Below, piece by piece: positions 19,390-29,737 of a stretch of 64,000 nucleotides of DNA. Source of the stretch: a virus (lineage: Duplodnaviria; Heunggongvirae; Uroviricota; Caudoviricetes); the IMG/VR virus record IMGVR_UViG_3300029733_000185; one strand, 5' to 3'. The notes below the pieces were generated by a model that ran no database searches, had not been told where the DNA came from, and saw nothing but the letters and a program-made list of their open reading frames with translations. A program made the position numbers and the translations under genes. The stretch's first letter is position 1. Each line of letters begins with the position of its first letter.

Positions 19390-20220
19390 TTATGTCAAGC
19401 GCGCAATTTTGCGTTTAATATGCTTTTTTGTTTTGTTTACTTCACCAATCATAATTGGAGAAGAAACGATACAATTAGTATGCTTGCCAACAAACTTATT
19501 GCCGCCTACGAAGCAGTATTGACACATTCCCTTGCAAGTATTTGGCAAACCCATATCAAAAACATCAATGTTTGCATCCTTTGAAACACCACAGTGACAC
19601 AGAATACTGCGCATAAGCTTTACAACTGAATTTTTTGTGCCTTTCGCGTAAACTGTAATTTGATATTTTTGTGCTATTTCTTGCATTTTAGAAAGCATTT
19701 TTGTTTTTGCGCCCATATCAACAACAGCAGAATACAGGCAAGCATGTATCGGTTGCTCAAAAGGTTCAACAAATTCAACGATGCACGCCCTAACCGCACC
19801 GGATAGCTTTTGACACAAACTATCGAATTTCTTGAGATGATATTTCTCGCTATATTCATTATTGATGATAATCGGAGAATACTTCCAGACGACACGGTGC
19901 GGATATTTCTTACCCAGTAATACCAGATCTTCTAAAACTTGTTTCTTATTAAGCCCCGGTTCCACATCTGCCTTATATGGCGTCAACGTAACCATCGCTA
20001 CAGATTGATATCCAAGCCTATCCAGATACTCAAAATCTTCAAAGAGATTATGCGGATCTTTAGTTTGAAAAACAACCAATTCAAAATTTTTGGGACTCAA
20101 TTCGTAGATATTGTTTAATTTCTCTGTTTCAACCGCAAAATAGCCATCGTCAAACCTTTTTTGCAACCAGCCGTTGTAAAAACGAACTAAATCAGTATTG
20201 TTACTTATATTTAAAATCAT
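19390..20220 (-). CDS. hypothetical protein with C-terminal CX3CX2C cysteine cluster (possible Fe-S)
   Basis: start MILNISNN with GAGGT RBS; motif CKGMCQYC near C-terminus. Confidence 0.5.
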   Translation of the reverse strand: MILNISNNTDLVRFYNGWLQKRFDDGYFAVETEKLNNIYELSPKNFELVVFQTKDPHNLFEDFEYLDRLGYQSVAMVTLTPYKADVEPGLNKKQVLEDLVLLGKKYPHRVVWKYSPIIINNEYSEKYHLKKFDSLCQKLSGAVRACIVEFVEPFEQPIHACLYSAVVDMGAKTKMLSKMQEIAQKYQITVYAKGTKNSVVKLMRSILCHCGVSKDANIDVFDMGLPNTCKGMCQYCFVGGNKFVGKHTNCIVSSPIMIGEVNKTKKHIKRKIARLT

Positions 20221-20396
20221 AAACAACCTCAAAATGAACTGGGACAAAGACATTGCCCTGTCCCAGGAAAACAGGAACGCATTCATAGATAAATAGTGTG
20301 TAGACAGATAACTTATGGTTGCCACTTTAAGAACATAATCTCTTTCATAGCTGACAATCCCCGCTGTGGCAAAACGGTTCTTTATGAATGCCTCGG

Positions 20397-20795
20397 TTAA
20401 TAAGCAACAGCCGAATATTGCTCATTGCCGACCTGATAGTGAACATACAATCGGTACTTCCCCGCAATATCAATAACGGGCTTTTTCTCGATTGAAAGAC
20501 TCGTTCCGGTTCCAGTCGCGGTCCAGTCACGCTTTGTAACGTAAGTTGTACCCTCTTTCTTCTGCAAATACATATTAATTGTAATTTTGCATCTCGATTT
20601 GGCGCTGACGCTTGCGAAACATGTGGCGGTAATGCCGGATTTATCTAACGACTCAGCGTGTGAGCTGATGTGTACAAAGCGCTGTTCAATGTCTGAATTA
20701 TCAACAGCTCCAGATTCTCCGGCGTATGCCGTTAGATTTACCACGCTTGTTAACATAATGAACAATGCAACTAAAAAAGAAACGATTTTTTTCAC
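20397..20795 (-). CDS. small secreted protein
   Basis: 132 aa; signal peptide MKKIVSFLVALFIMLTSVVNLTAYA. Confidence 0.5.
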   Translation of the reverse strand: MKKIVSFLVALFIMLTSVVNLTAYAGESGAVDNSDIEQRFVHISSHAESLDKSGITATCFASVSAKSRCKITINMYLQKKEGTTYVTKRDWTATGTGTSLSIEKKPVIDIAGKYRLYVHYQVGNEQYSAVAY

Positions 20796-20850
20796 TTCAA
20801 ATCCTCCGTTTTCATAATATAATATCTGTTATTTTGTAATGATTGTGAAA

Positions 20851-21498
20851 TTATTGAACACCATCAGCAATCTTGCACATTATATTCTGATCTATATGAG
20901 CGCTAACTGTACCGGTAATAATGTAGATATAATCATTTTTATACTCTACAATTCGCATAGTTTGTGGTTGCGTTGTGCTTTCTAAAACAATACGTGACCC
21001 TGTGTTCTCAATTTCTTTATATCCTTCTAAATCAATAGAAACATTTACTCTTTTACGGCATTTTTCAACCTGGAACCATTCATCGTTATCATAAACATAA
21101 TGTCTGCTGATCATTGACGACGTGTTTGTTTTATGGTCGCATACAAATCCATTGGGCGCATATTCTATCTGAATTTCGCCAACACTGTCGCCTTTTGTAT
21201 CTGAACTAAAAATTAGAATGTTTGACAAGGTGCTGCGCGTAATAAGATTTTTGCCTTCAGGAACGAACGCGATACAAGAAACAAACGCTCCTACAATTAG
21301 GATGATAGCAATTGCAATAGCAACGATGCGTTTTGTAACAAAATGTTTTTTTACACTATTTGGCTTTGTTTGGTTGAAAATAGCCTTATGCAAATGTTCA
21401 TATGTTCCATATGGAATTGGCTTTTCTGATTGTTTTTGGTGCTTAACTTCATCATATTGTGCGATGATTGCAGACTTCCGAACATCTTCATCTTTCAA
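20851..21498 (-). CDS. membrane-anchored anti-sigma-factor candidate
   Basis: 215 aa; cytoplasmic N-terminus, single TM (IVAIAIAIILIVGAFVSCIAFV), extracytoplasmic domain; start overlaps stop of sigma gene by 4 nt. Confidence 0.5.
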   Translation of the reverse strand: MKDEDVRKSAIIAQYDEVKHQKQSEKPIPYGTYEHLHKAIFNQTKPNSVKKHFVTKRIVAIAIAIILIVGAFVSCIAFVPEGKNLITRSTLSNILIFSSDTKGDSVGEIQIEYAPNGFVCDHKTNTSSMISRHYVYDNDEWFQVEKCRKRVNVSIDLEGYKEIENTGSRIVLESTTQPQTMRIVEYKNDYIYIITGTVSAHIDQNIMCKIADGVQ

Positions 21499-22010
21499 TG
21501 CTTTAACTCCTCTCTCATATTCTTTTTTGCAATTTGTAATCTTTTGCGTACATAACTACTCTTCAGTCCATACATCGCTCCGATTTCTTTACTTGTATAA
21601 CCGTAAATGTAAGACAGATATACGAAAACGCGATCTAATTCCGGTAAGCGTTTGATAATATCACTTAGTTCGCCACCATTCTCGTTTGGCATTTCCGCAA
21701 TCTCTGCACATACATCCAGTGAGATATTTTGGCTACTTTGTCTACTTACTCGATGATAGTATGTAATTGCGAACCCGTTTGCAACAGTCGCTACATAATT
21801 TTTGGTTGATTCCGACTCAACAGATTCCAGGGCGTCAATATGTTTGATAAGATACAGAAATATATCTTGCAGACAATCCTCGACATCTTCCCTGCCATTA
21901 ATTCGTCGCGTAACCACCGAGTAGATCAGACGCATGTATTTGTTGTATAAAGCGTCGAACAATTGTTCGTTTGTGCTCTCAACTTTGTTTTTGTCCACTA
22001 TATCACCCAA
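21495..22010 (-). CDS. sigma-70 family (ECF-like) RNA polymerase sigma factor
   Basis: 171 aa; region-2-like DIFLYLIKH and region-4 HTH YGYTSKEIGAMYGLKSSYVRKRL. Confidence 0.7.
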   Translation of the reverse strand: MGDIVDKNKVESTNEQLFDALYNKYMRLIYSVVTRRINGREDVEDCLQDIFLYLIKHIDALESVESESTKNYVATVANGFAITYYHRVSRQSSQNISLDVCAEIAEMPNENGGELSDIIKRLPELDRVFVYLSYIYGYTSKEIGAMYGLKSSYVRKRLQIAKKNMREELKH

Positions 22011-22030
22011 CTATTAATACCCCAATTTTT

Positions 22031-22071
22031 AGAAAAAAGAAAAAAGTCAGCATCCAAAATGGACGCTGACT
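22031..22071 (-). terminator. intrinsic terminator after helicase gene
   Basis: GTCAGC..GCTGAC stem plus U-run. Confidence 0.65.
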
Positions 22072-22078
22072 TCTATTA

Positions 22079-24247
22079 TCATGCACAAAACTCTTTTCTT
22101 ATTCTCTGCATTAGCAATCCATTCCTTTTGGATGTACGATTGTTTGCAATAGTTTTAGAAATTTGTTCAGGATCACCGACAAGATACATTTTCTTTCTCG
22201 CTCTTGTTACTGCAGTGTAAAACAAATTACGTCGTAGCATGCTTTGATTTTCCTGCGACACCGGCATAATCACAGTCTGAAATTCACTACCCTGTGATTT
22301 ATGTACAGTAATACAATACGCAAGCCCAATTCCAAGATCGATGGCATCATCCACAGTGAAATGCTCCTCACCCGTTTCAAAATCACACACCAAAGTGTTG
22401 TTGCGCGATTCCGTTACGATTCCAATATCTCCATTTCGAACCGTCTTTGTGTTCTTAGAACAAATCACTTTGTCTCCGCGCTTGAAGACAAATCCGTTTG
22501 CTCGAAAGCAACCGGCAGAATTTCCGGGATTTAATTTGTCTTGAACGATCTTATTCAGCTGATTCGTGGCCAACTCTCCCTTAATGCGCATTGGGCAGAT
22601 ACACTGAACCTCTAAAATGTTGCCTACCTTGCGAACTTCCATTTGGTAAATACCAGCGACCAGCTTGGCAATTTTTTCCGTTTCTGTCTCTTGAACAATG
22701 AAGAAGTCTTCACCGGTACTTAAATTCTGACGTCCGTGAAGAATGCGATCAGCATTCATTATAATATTAGAGTCTTTAGCCTGTCTGTAAATAAATTTTA
22801 ATTTCACAACGGGCACACAGTAGGACTCAATCATATCTGAAAGTACATTACCGGAGCCGACGCTTTCCAGCTGGTTTGGGTCTCCAATAAAGTACAGACG
22901 ACAGGACGGTTTGAGCTTCTGCAGCAGTCTATAAATAATGCTAATGTCGCACATGGATGTTTCATCAATAAACACAGCGTCTGCATCTATTTTTTCATCA
23001 TCCATATAAACATCGACAGCTTCAGTGTCCTCATCTTCAATTCCAAGGTGCAGCAGTGAGTGTAATGTTGAAGCCTCTCTTGATGTAGCTTCTGACATTC
23101 GTCTTGCCGCACGACCAGTAGGAGCTGCAAGAACAATCTTTGAACGGCCCAAATGTTCCAGTGTCTGAATTGTTGCGTTCAACACCGTTGTTTTACCTGT
23201 ACCGGCAGAGCCCGTAATAATGGCTACTGGGTTATTCACAACTGTTTCAACGGCAAGCCTTTGGCTATCTGCCAGTTTGAACGCCGAATTGGAATCGAAA
23301 AGGTCGAGTTCAGCCTGGATTTTTTCCAGACTGATTTTCTTAAAATTGCTTACAAGTTTGCGATGCAGTTCTTCGGCAATGAACTTCTCACAATCGTAAT
23401 AAAAAGCATCGTAGATCCTCAATTCATCTTTGCCTTTTTCGGCCTTGATCTTATGCTTCTTATTAAGTAAGTTCATATATCCTTTTATACACGCAGCGTC
23501 CACTAAGTAAGCATCGTCTACCACGCCATCATTGAGTGTCGCAATTGACTTTTCAAGCAGCACGTGCGCATTCACATAGGTGTGACCCCTTGAGAGCAGC
23601 TGTTGCAGCGTATACTCGACGCCATAAAACATTCTATCGTCAAGATTGAGCAACTCCGGTTTATCTGATTGCATCTGCAGCACAATCGAATTACATACTC
23701 TAAAGGGTAAATTGATTCCGGCTGTATAAATGGCCGCAAATGGATTGGAAAAGAACTCACATTCGTCAAAAGCCGAAGCGATCTTGTGAATTTTGGCCTT
23801 TTTAATTACGCCAAAACCTGCAAGTCGTTTAATAAATGCACCTTTACCATCCGCTGTTTGTTGTTTGTTGGCTATCTCGACGATTTCTGCTGCGTGAGAA
23901 GCGGAGTATCTTTGCATTATCCCTAAATCAGAAAAAACGCCATAATCTGCCCCGTATTCAGCCAGGATTTTTAACGCTTTAATTTTTCCAATTCCTGGAA
24001 ATGTGCGCGCATAAGAAACGAACACATCGTCTTGTGCCAATCTCTCATACGTCCAAGACAACACATTGAAGCCCTTACGATCCTCTGTGTATGACCCAAT
24101 AGCGTTAATTGCTACGCCCTGCGTATCTGGTAAATCACCGAATAGATACACGCGCTCTTTTAACTTAAGCGTTGTTCCGATAACCACATTTTTTCTTTTA
24201 TTGATGTATTCAATCAAGAATGTGGCAGAAACCTCTTTAGACCCCAC
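22079..24247 (-). CDS. RecD/TraA-like SF1 DNA helicase
   Basis: 722 aa; Walker A ITGSAGTGKTT, Walker B FIDETSM, C-terminal TVHKSQGSEF motif. Confidence 0.8.
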   Translation of the reverse strand: MGSKEVSATFLIEYINKRKNVVIGTTLKLKERVYLFGDLPDTQGVAINAIGSYTEDRKGFNVLSWTYERLAQDDVFVSYARTFPGIGKIKALKILAEYGADYGVFSDLGIMQRYSASHAAEIVEIANKQQTADGKGAFIKRLAGFGVIKKAKIHKIASAFDECEFFSNPFAAIYTAGINLPFRVCNSIVLQMQSDKPELLNLDDRMFYGVEYTLQQLLSRGHTYVNAHVLLEKSIATLNDGVVDDAYLVDAACIKGYMNLLNKKHKIKAEKGKDELRIYDAFYYDCEKFIAEELHRKLVSNFKKISLEKIQAELDLFDSNSAFKLADSQRLAVETVVNNPVAIITGSAGTGKTTVLNATIQTLEHLGRSKIVLAAPTGRAARRMSEATSREASTLHSLLHLGIEDEDTEAVDVYMDDEKIDADAVFIDETSMCDISIIYRLLQKLKPSCRLYFIGDPNQLESVGSGNVLSDMIESYCVPVVKLKFIYRQAKDSNIIMNADRILHGRQNLSTGEDFFIVQETETEKIAKLVAGIYQMEVRKVGNILEVQCICPMRIKGELATNQLNKIVQDKLNPGNSAGCFRANGFVFKRGDKVICSKNTKTVRNGDIGIVTESRNNTLVCDFETGEEHFTVDDAIDLGIGLAYCITVHKSQGSEFQTVIMPVSQENQSMLRRNLFYTAVTRARKKMYLVGDPEQISKTIANNRTSKRNGLLMQRIRKEFCA

Positions 24248-24285
24248 AGCAACCTCCTTTCTTTGATGTTAAAACAAAAAACAGA

Positions 24286-24507
24286 TTATGCCATGAGTTC
24301 TCGGCTCATGCGCTCGACAATTTCCTGATACTGATAGTTATCAGCAATATTACAGTCGTGATTTTCCAGAAACTCATCTGCGACCTCTGCAGGGTCAATC
24401 TGATCCGCAACAGTATCGTCAGCATACTCCTCAATGGCGCGAACTGCGTCCTCTATTGCGAAATTCTTGCGTACCTTGTAGAAAATATCAAGTTCTTCGT
24501 TATTCAT
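24286..24507 (-). CDS. small acidic hypothetical protein
   Basis: 73 aa; AGGAGG RBS. Confidence 0.4.
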   Translation of the reverse strand: MNNEELDIFYKVRKNFAIEDAVRAIEEYADDTVADQIDPAEVADEFLENHDCNIADNYQYQEIVERMSRELMA

Positions 24508-24663
24508 AAAAATTTCCTCCTAAAAAAAATTAAGTTTATACTTTAATGACAAAAAAGCAGCCACCCCATCAAAGAGATAACTGCAAGAAATAAGTATAAC
24601 ACTATAATTATATCACGATTTTACCAAAAGAAAAAACGGCGCAACAATGCGCGCCGTTTTAAG

Positions 24664-25350
24664 CTATTTTTCGTCAAAGCAAGAGACATCATGCAAATCC
24701 TGGATATATTGTTTTGCCTCAGGAGAAATCTGATCAACATCAACCGGGAGAACAGAAATTAACGATGCGTTATTAAACACAACCGGACCGCTGTGACGAA
24801 AATGGAACATGGCTACACACGGCTGACCTTCGACGTATTTCATCGTGGCGTCTCGCGTCTTTTTGCTTAATGACCGCCATTTAAAATCGTAAGCAAACTG
24901 CAAATCAATTTTGTCGTTTGCGTTTTCACTGTCATTTTCCAACACAGTTTTTGTGAGCAGCACACACTCGTCTGGTACAGAGAGATTTGTGATTTTGAAT
25001 CGATAAATTCTGCTGTTTGTAATTCCGTATCCGATATGAGAACGTTTAGAGCCTAGACAAATCATTTCCGCATAGGCAATCTCGCTCTTTTTCATCGCCA
25101 AATGCAATGTTGCGAACTGCCAGATGCAATAAGCAACAGCAACGCCAAATAAAATCAAATAGTAATAGTTTTTGGTCGTTACCGAAATTACAATCCCCGA
25201 AATAGTGAGCAGGAAGGCACCACCCAAGTGCAACCAGCACCGCAATGCCAGACGTCCGTCAAAATCGTTTTTATTGTATTTCCCATGTAAGTTTTCAAAC
25301 TGAGATTGAATCGATTGCGTCTCTGAGGCGTTTTCTTTTTTACTGTGCAT
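24664..25350 (-). CDS. membrane protein, unknown
   Basis: 228 aa; two TM helices. Confidence 0.5.
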   Translation of the reverse strand: MHSKKENASETQSIQSQFENLHGKYNKNDFDGRLALRCWLHLGGAFLLTISGIVISVTTKNYYYLILFGVAVAYCIWQFATLHLAMKKSEIAYAEMICLGSKRSHIGYGITNSRIYRFKITNLSVPDECVLLTKTVLENDSENANDKIDLQFAYDFKWRSLSKKTRDATMKYVEGQPCVAMFHFRHSGPVVFNNASLISVLPVDVDQISPEAKQYIQDLHDVSCFDEK

Positions 25351-26194
25351 CTTGTGCCCCCTTACTCAACGGTGTAACACTCAACTCTCCGTTAATTCCT
25401 GTTTGATTGTAGATCAACCGATTGGTTGTAGAATATGCAACGGCATTCATATTGTCGTTTGTTCCGGTCAAATAGATAACGAATTGTTCCAAGATGGATT
25501 CGTCTTGTAAACTTACAGAACTTCTTACCGCACTTGTTTCTGTTTCATTATCTTCTCCATCTACATGATGATGCAGAATGTCGTCGATTTTTGCTGTAAC
25601 TTTGCCGTTTTCATCATAAGAAGTCAGCGACTTCTTGTTCATTGTAAGCACAACTAAATTATTCGGATCAATAGCACCAGAATCCACAAAAAAGGCATCT
25701 GTGAATTCCTGCTTATCTTTGATATTCAGCGCTTTAAATGCGTTATTCACGCCAACTGCAATATCGTATTTCCCTGTGAACACATCTCGACATCCGGTCG
25801 TGTAATATACGGTATAAGTGTAAGTGCCATCTTTATTGATGTCAAATGTTGTTACGGTTAAAGCTTCGTTTGTGTATGAATACGTGTTGAACTTATTGAG
25901 CGGCTTATGGTATTCTACCTTGATTTGACCGTAATCTGTATCACAATACATGCCATCGGATTTAATATAATAAAGATTTCCGTCCTTATCTTTTGTGGTG
26001 TATTCTTGACCAGGCTTTGCCGTCACCGTTGTATAAGTATCGTAGTCAATTTTGATGCTTTTATTATTGTTTGTCTTAATGAATAACGTTCCGAGGATCG
26101 CTACAATTAAAACACCAACGACAATGCCAATGATTACGACATTCTTATTGCCATTGTATTTGTTGCTTCGCTGTGATTGCTTGTCATTCGCCAT
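25340..26194 (-). CDS. N-terminally anchored extracytoplasmic protein, unknown
   Basis: 284 aa; single TM after basic N-terminus. Confidence 0.5.
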   Translation of the reverse strand: MANDKQSQRSNKYNGNKNVVIIGIVVGVLIVAILGTLFIKTNNNKSIKIDYDTYTTVTAKPGQEYTTKDKDGNLYYIKSDGMYCDTDYGQIKVEYHKPLNKFNTYSYTNEALTVTTFDINKDGTYTYTVYYTTGCRDVFTGKYDIAVGVNNAFKALNIKDKQEFTDAFFVDSGAIDPNNLVVLTMNKKSLTSYDENGKVTAKIDDILHHHVDGEDNETETSAVRSSVSLQDESILEQFVIYLTGTNDNMNAVAYSTTNRLIYNQTGINGELSVTPLSKGAQDAQ

Positions 26195-26212
26195 AAATAC
26201 CTCCCCCTTTTC

Positions 26213-26806
26213 TTAGAAAAACGAATTTTCAAATTTAACGGTAGCAATATCACCAAGATAGTGTACGGCGGACACGAAGTCTTGATTCTGAGATTGCTTG
26301 AAGTAGATCAAGAAATAAAAAGCACTATCATCAGCATTTTGAATTTTACCATTATAATATTCTGTTCCGCCTTTGAAGTAATGCTCATTATAATTACAAC
26401 TGACTGCATACAAGTTGTTCGTGTTGATTTTTTTTGGATTCAAACCCGCTTTCTTAATTGTATCTTCGCCAACCGCTTGTATTGCTTCTTGTCCGCGTTT
26501 AACAACATATTTACCCGTAAATTGATAGGTTGCGTCATTACCAACCAAAACATAGTCGCCTTGTTCTGTGAGAGACAAGATAAATCCATCACCATTGTAT
26601 TCACGATACAGTTTAGTTTGCTCAACCATTGGCTCACTTGAAGCGTCCAACTGCCCAACCGATACTTGCTTGTCTGATTTCGACGATAAATGCGACTCAC
26701 CGAATGATACGGCAAAAATTGCCAGGAAAACCAAGAGCACAATGATAACAACCGAAAGCGCCTTGCTTCCCTTTGATTTTTCTTCTGCAAATTTTGTCTT
26801 TTTCAA
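26213..26806 (-). CDS. N-terminally anchored extracytoplasmic protein, unknown
   Basis: 197 aa; single TM. Confidence 0.5.
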   Translation of the reverse strand: MKKTKFAEEKSKGSKALSVVIIVLLVFLAIFAVSFGESHLSSKSDKQVSVGQLDASSEPMVEQTKLYREYNGDGFILSLTEQGDYVLVGNDATYQFTGKYVVKRGQEAIQAVGEDTIKKAGLNPKKINTNNLYAVSCNYNEHYFKGGTEYYNGKIQNADDSAFYFLIYFKQSQNQDFVSAVHYLGDIATVKFENSFF

Positions 26807-26808
26807 AA

Positions 26809-28968
26809 CTACTCCTTCTTTCTATATTTGGTAGGCGGGAAGCTGGTCGTGTAATTGGGATACTTTCCGCTGTAATCTACATGAATGATAATAGAATACT
26901 CTTTTCCGGTTTTAGATTTACACTTGTTGAGTTGGACCTCGCCTTTTTTTAACAATGACTTGGCGGTAGATGCTGTGATTTTACGCCCAAACCTTGCAAA
27001 AAACTTATCCTCTTTGTAAATGTAAAACTCACAATCTTTATTTGAACATTGGAAAGACCTGTTGCGTTCGACTACATCACACCCACAACGAGGACATTTC
27101 CCCACAACTTTCGCATCATCCTGATTAACCGTAATTTGCACATTGGCAATACGCGAGAAAATCGCATCAAGTTCTTTTTTCATCTCACGCTTATTTTCGT
27201 CGAGCGTGTATGTACGATTGCCAATCGCAACAATCGTTTTGTTCATCTCAATGTTCTTTTCTTTGTAAAGGTTAATGCCAAAGGCATCCAGTAGTTGAAT
27301 GAGCGCCACGCCCTTTTCCTGGATAGAATAGCTTCTACCTTTGAGCGCAATATATCCATATTTTTGTGCGTTCTTGACTATCAACGCCGTTGTTGACTCG
27401 GTGCCAAGTGTAGCGCCCTCTTTTAGGAGTTTGTAATACTCCTCGTCGTCTTCTTTGTTTAATGTTTTAATCTCATCCGCATACGGGTTCTTTAAGAAAT
27501 CCAACAATGCAGGTGGCGTGATTTTTGGAGGCGGTGTGCTCTCTCGTTCGGCCACAGAGAAGGACATGTTTACCTTTTCACCGACAGAAAATGCCGGTAG
27601 CGGGTCTTTAATACTTCTCGGTTCAAATTCCATAAAGCCTTTATCAAGTAATTCATTACCGACAACATGAAATTGATATTCCCCTGCTTTTATATATAGA
27701 TGCGTTTCTCTAATCTTCGCGTTGTGAGAGAAATTACTCAGGGTTCGATTAAAAATTAACGCATAAGCCTTTTGCTCGTCCTCGTCCATTGCATCCAACT
27801 CTTCTTTTGTTGGAATTTGTTTGGTGATTGTCAGAGCGGTATGTCCCCCTACGCACTTGCTGTCATCAAAGACACTTTTCTTTTCGTGAAATTGCAGGTC
27901 ATAACCAGACGCAACGAGTTTAGCGATTATGAATTCCATCGCACGAATTTCTTTTGTGCTTAAGTATTCAACCGATGTTCTCGGATATGTTAAAAATCCA
28001 CGCTCATACAGCTTCTGAATCGTTTGCAAACCTTGGTCAAGTGTGTACCCGTATTTCTTAAAGAAATCGCTCTGAAAGGACGACAGACAGTATAGACGCT
28101 TTGGAGTTAAAGACTTCTCCTTTGTTTCTATCTTCTCAACAACTTTATCTGCAGCCGCCAGTTGTGTACATATTTTTTCAACAATTGTCTTCTGGTCCTC
28201 TGGCATAGAGATGGCTGGTTTTGATGTTGTAATCTTGACCTTCCAGTCACCTTTTTTAAGAAGCGCATCTATGCCATAACTTTTGGTTGATTTAAAGTTC
28301 TGGATGGCTAAATCTCTGTCATAAACACACTTTACAATTGGGACTAAAACACGACCAGCCGGAAAATTCATTCCTGCTTTTTTAGTCAGAAATCTTGAAA
28401 TGTTAATTCCCCAAGCAAAATCAAACTGTTGGCGAGCCATTGCTTGGTAGTACATACCAGTGTATTTCTTATCATCTTCTGCATTATAATAAGCTTCAGC
28501 GACCACATCTGGGACCATCGAATTGCACCAAAGTCTCTTTACGGGTTTGGCATATCCGAAATATGACAAAATTTCCCTGACAATCAATTCCCCTTCATTG
28601 TCCGGATCACCATAATGTATCACTTGCCCAATGTCTTTACGCTTTAATAGCTTCTCAATAATAGCAAATTGTGTTTTGCTCCAGTCATCGTCGCTGACTG
28701 TTTGTTCAAACTGATCTGGCACAAACGGCAAGCAATCATAATTTCGTGGACTTGCAGGCAAGCCTAGATATTCTTCAATGGTTTTGAGTCTTAAAATATG
28801 CCCACACGCATATGTTACAATCACATTGTCCGACTCAAAATAGCCAGCCTTACTCTTCGGCGGCTTGTATTTCTTTCCAGGCTCAACAAATTTAAAATTC
28901 TCTTTATAAAGTCCTTTTACAAGCGCTTTGGCAGCTTTTGTCTTTTCGGCAATTACTAATGTTTTGAT
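26809..28968 (-). CDS. topB: DNA topoisomerase III (type IA) with C-terminal zinc ribbon
   Basis: type IA active-site region LTYPRTSV, Toprim N-terminus, C-terminal CPRCGC...C...C. The ORF track starts at GTG 28824, but the Toprim N-terminus (KTLVIAEK...) continues in frame upstream to an AGGAGG RBS at 28976-28981, implying a non-ATG (ATC) start near 28968. Confidence 0.75.
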   Translation of the reverse strand: MKTLVIAEKTKAAKALVKGLYKENFKFVEPGKKYKPPKSKAGYFESDNVIVTYACGHILRLKTIEEYLGLPASPRNYDCLPFVPDQFEQTVSDDDWSKTQFAIIEKLLKRKDIGQVIHYGDPDNEGELIVREILSYFGYAKPVKRLWCNSMVPDVVAEAYYNAEDDKKYTGMYYQAMARQQFDFAWGINISRFLTKKAGMNFPAGRVLVPIVKCVYDRDLAIQNFKSTKSYGIDALLKKGDWKVKITTSKPAISMPEDQKTIVEKICTQLAAADKVVEKIETKEKSLTPKRLYCLSSFQSDFFKKYGYTLDQGLQTIQKLYERGFLTYPRTSVEYLSTKEIRAMEFIIAKLVASGYDLQFHEKKSVFDDSKCVGGHTALTITKQIPTKEELDAMDEDEQKAYALIFNRTLSNFSHNAKIRETHLYIKAGEYQFHVVGNELLDKGFMEFEPRSIKDPLPAFSVGEKVNMSFSVAERESTPPPKITPPALLDFLKNPYADEIKTLNKEDDEEYYKLLKEGATLGTESTTALIVKNAQKYGYIALKGRSYSIQEKGVALIQLLDAFGINLYKEKNIEMNKTIVAIGNRTYTLDENKREMKKELDAIFSRIANVQITVNQDDAKVVGKCPRCGCDVVERNRSFQCSNKDCEFYIYKEDKFFARFGRKITASTAKSLLKKGEVQLNKCKSKTGKEYSIIIHVDYSGKYPNYTTSFPPTKYRKKE

Positions 28969-29057
28969 ACTAAAACCTCCTATACGGAAAAAGAGAGGAC
29001 AAAAGTCCTCTCTTCCTAAATTAAATTACATTATAATTATGCCATACTTGCTTAAAA

Positions 29058-29633
29058 TTAAGAAATCGACATTTGGTAATAAGATCTGGTGCTCATTTCT
29101 TCCAATGAATATCCATCCATACCATCGGATACACCCATGAAGATGCGATTTTCAATGTTCTTTCCAGTCTCATCTTTAAGATTGGACAACTGCAAATAAA
29201 CGACATGTGTCGTGTCTTTTGCCAATTGCGCGTCTACCATGGAATCCACTGCTTCTTTAACTGTTTTGATGTCGCTATAAGACAGTCCATCTGTGGATTT
29301 GTTCTCTTTATACAGCTTGGCAATGTCGTCACCCGTGTATACTGCATACACCCCTGTTACCTTATTAGTTGAATAGGTTGCGTCATCTGCATATGCAACT
29401 GAGCCATCATCGGAAAAAGTAAGATAAATGTCAGATCCTTCTGTGCCCTTTTGTGGCTTCATCACAAATGATTTGTTACTAAGCAGGGTTTGCTGCTTTT
29501 CCGGTGTACCATGCACGCCTCCGGTCACGCCGTAATAAATACCGCCAGCTACAGATGCAAGGACGATTGCAACAACTAAAATAATTGAAACGATTTTCTT
29601 CTGAGTTAATTTCAAAACAAACCTCCGGCTCAT
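29058..29633 (-). CDS. N-terminally anchored extracytoplasmic protein, unknown
   Basis: 191 aa; single TM; GGAGG RBS. Confidence 0.5.
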   Translation of the reverse strand: MSRRFVLKLTQKKIVSIILVVAIVLASVAGGIYYGVTGGVHGTPEKQQTLLSNKSFVMKPQKGTEGSDIYLTFSDDGSVAYADDATYSTNKVTGVYAVYTGDDIAKLYKENKSTDGLSYSDIKTVKEAVDSMVDAQLAKDTTHVVYLQLSNLKDETGKNIENRIFMGVSDGMDGYSLEEMSTRSYYQMSIS

Positions 29634-29641
29634 GAAAAAAT

Positions 29642-29717
29642 TGGTGGAAGCAGAGGGACTCGAACCCTCGACCTTCTGCTTGCAAAGCAGATGCTCTCCC
29701 AGTTGAGCTATGCCCCC
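29642..29717 (-). tRNA. tRNA-Ala(TGC)
   Basis: cloverleaf on minus strand; G3:U70 pair; anticodon loop CTTTGCAAG; CCA encoded. Confidence 0.8.
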
Positions 29718-29737
29718 AAATGAGAATCTTACCGAAA

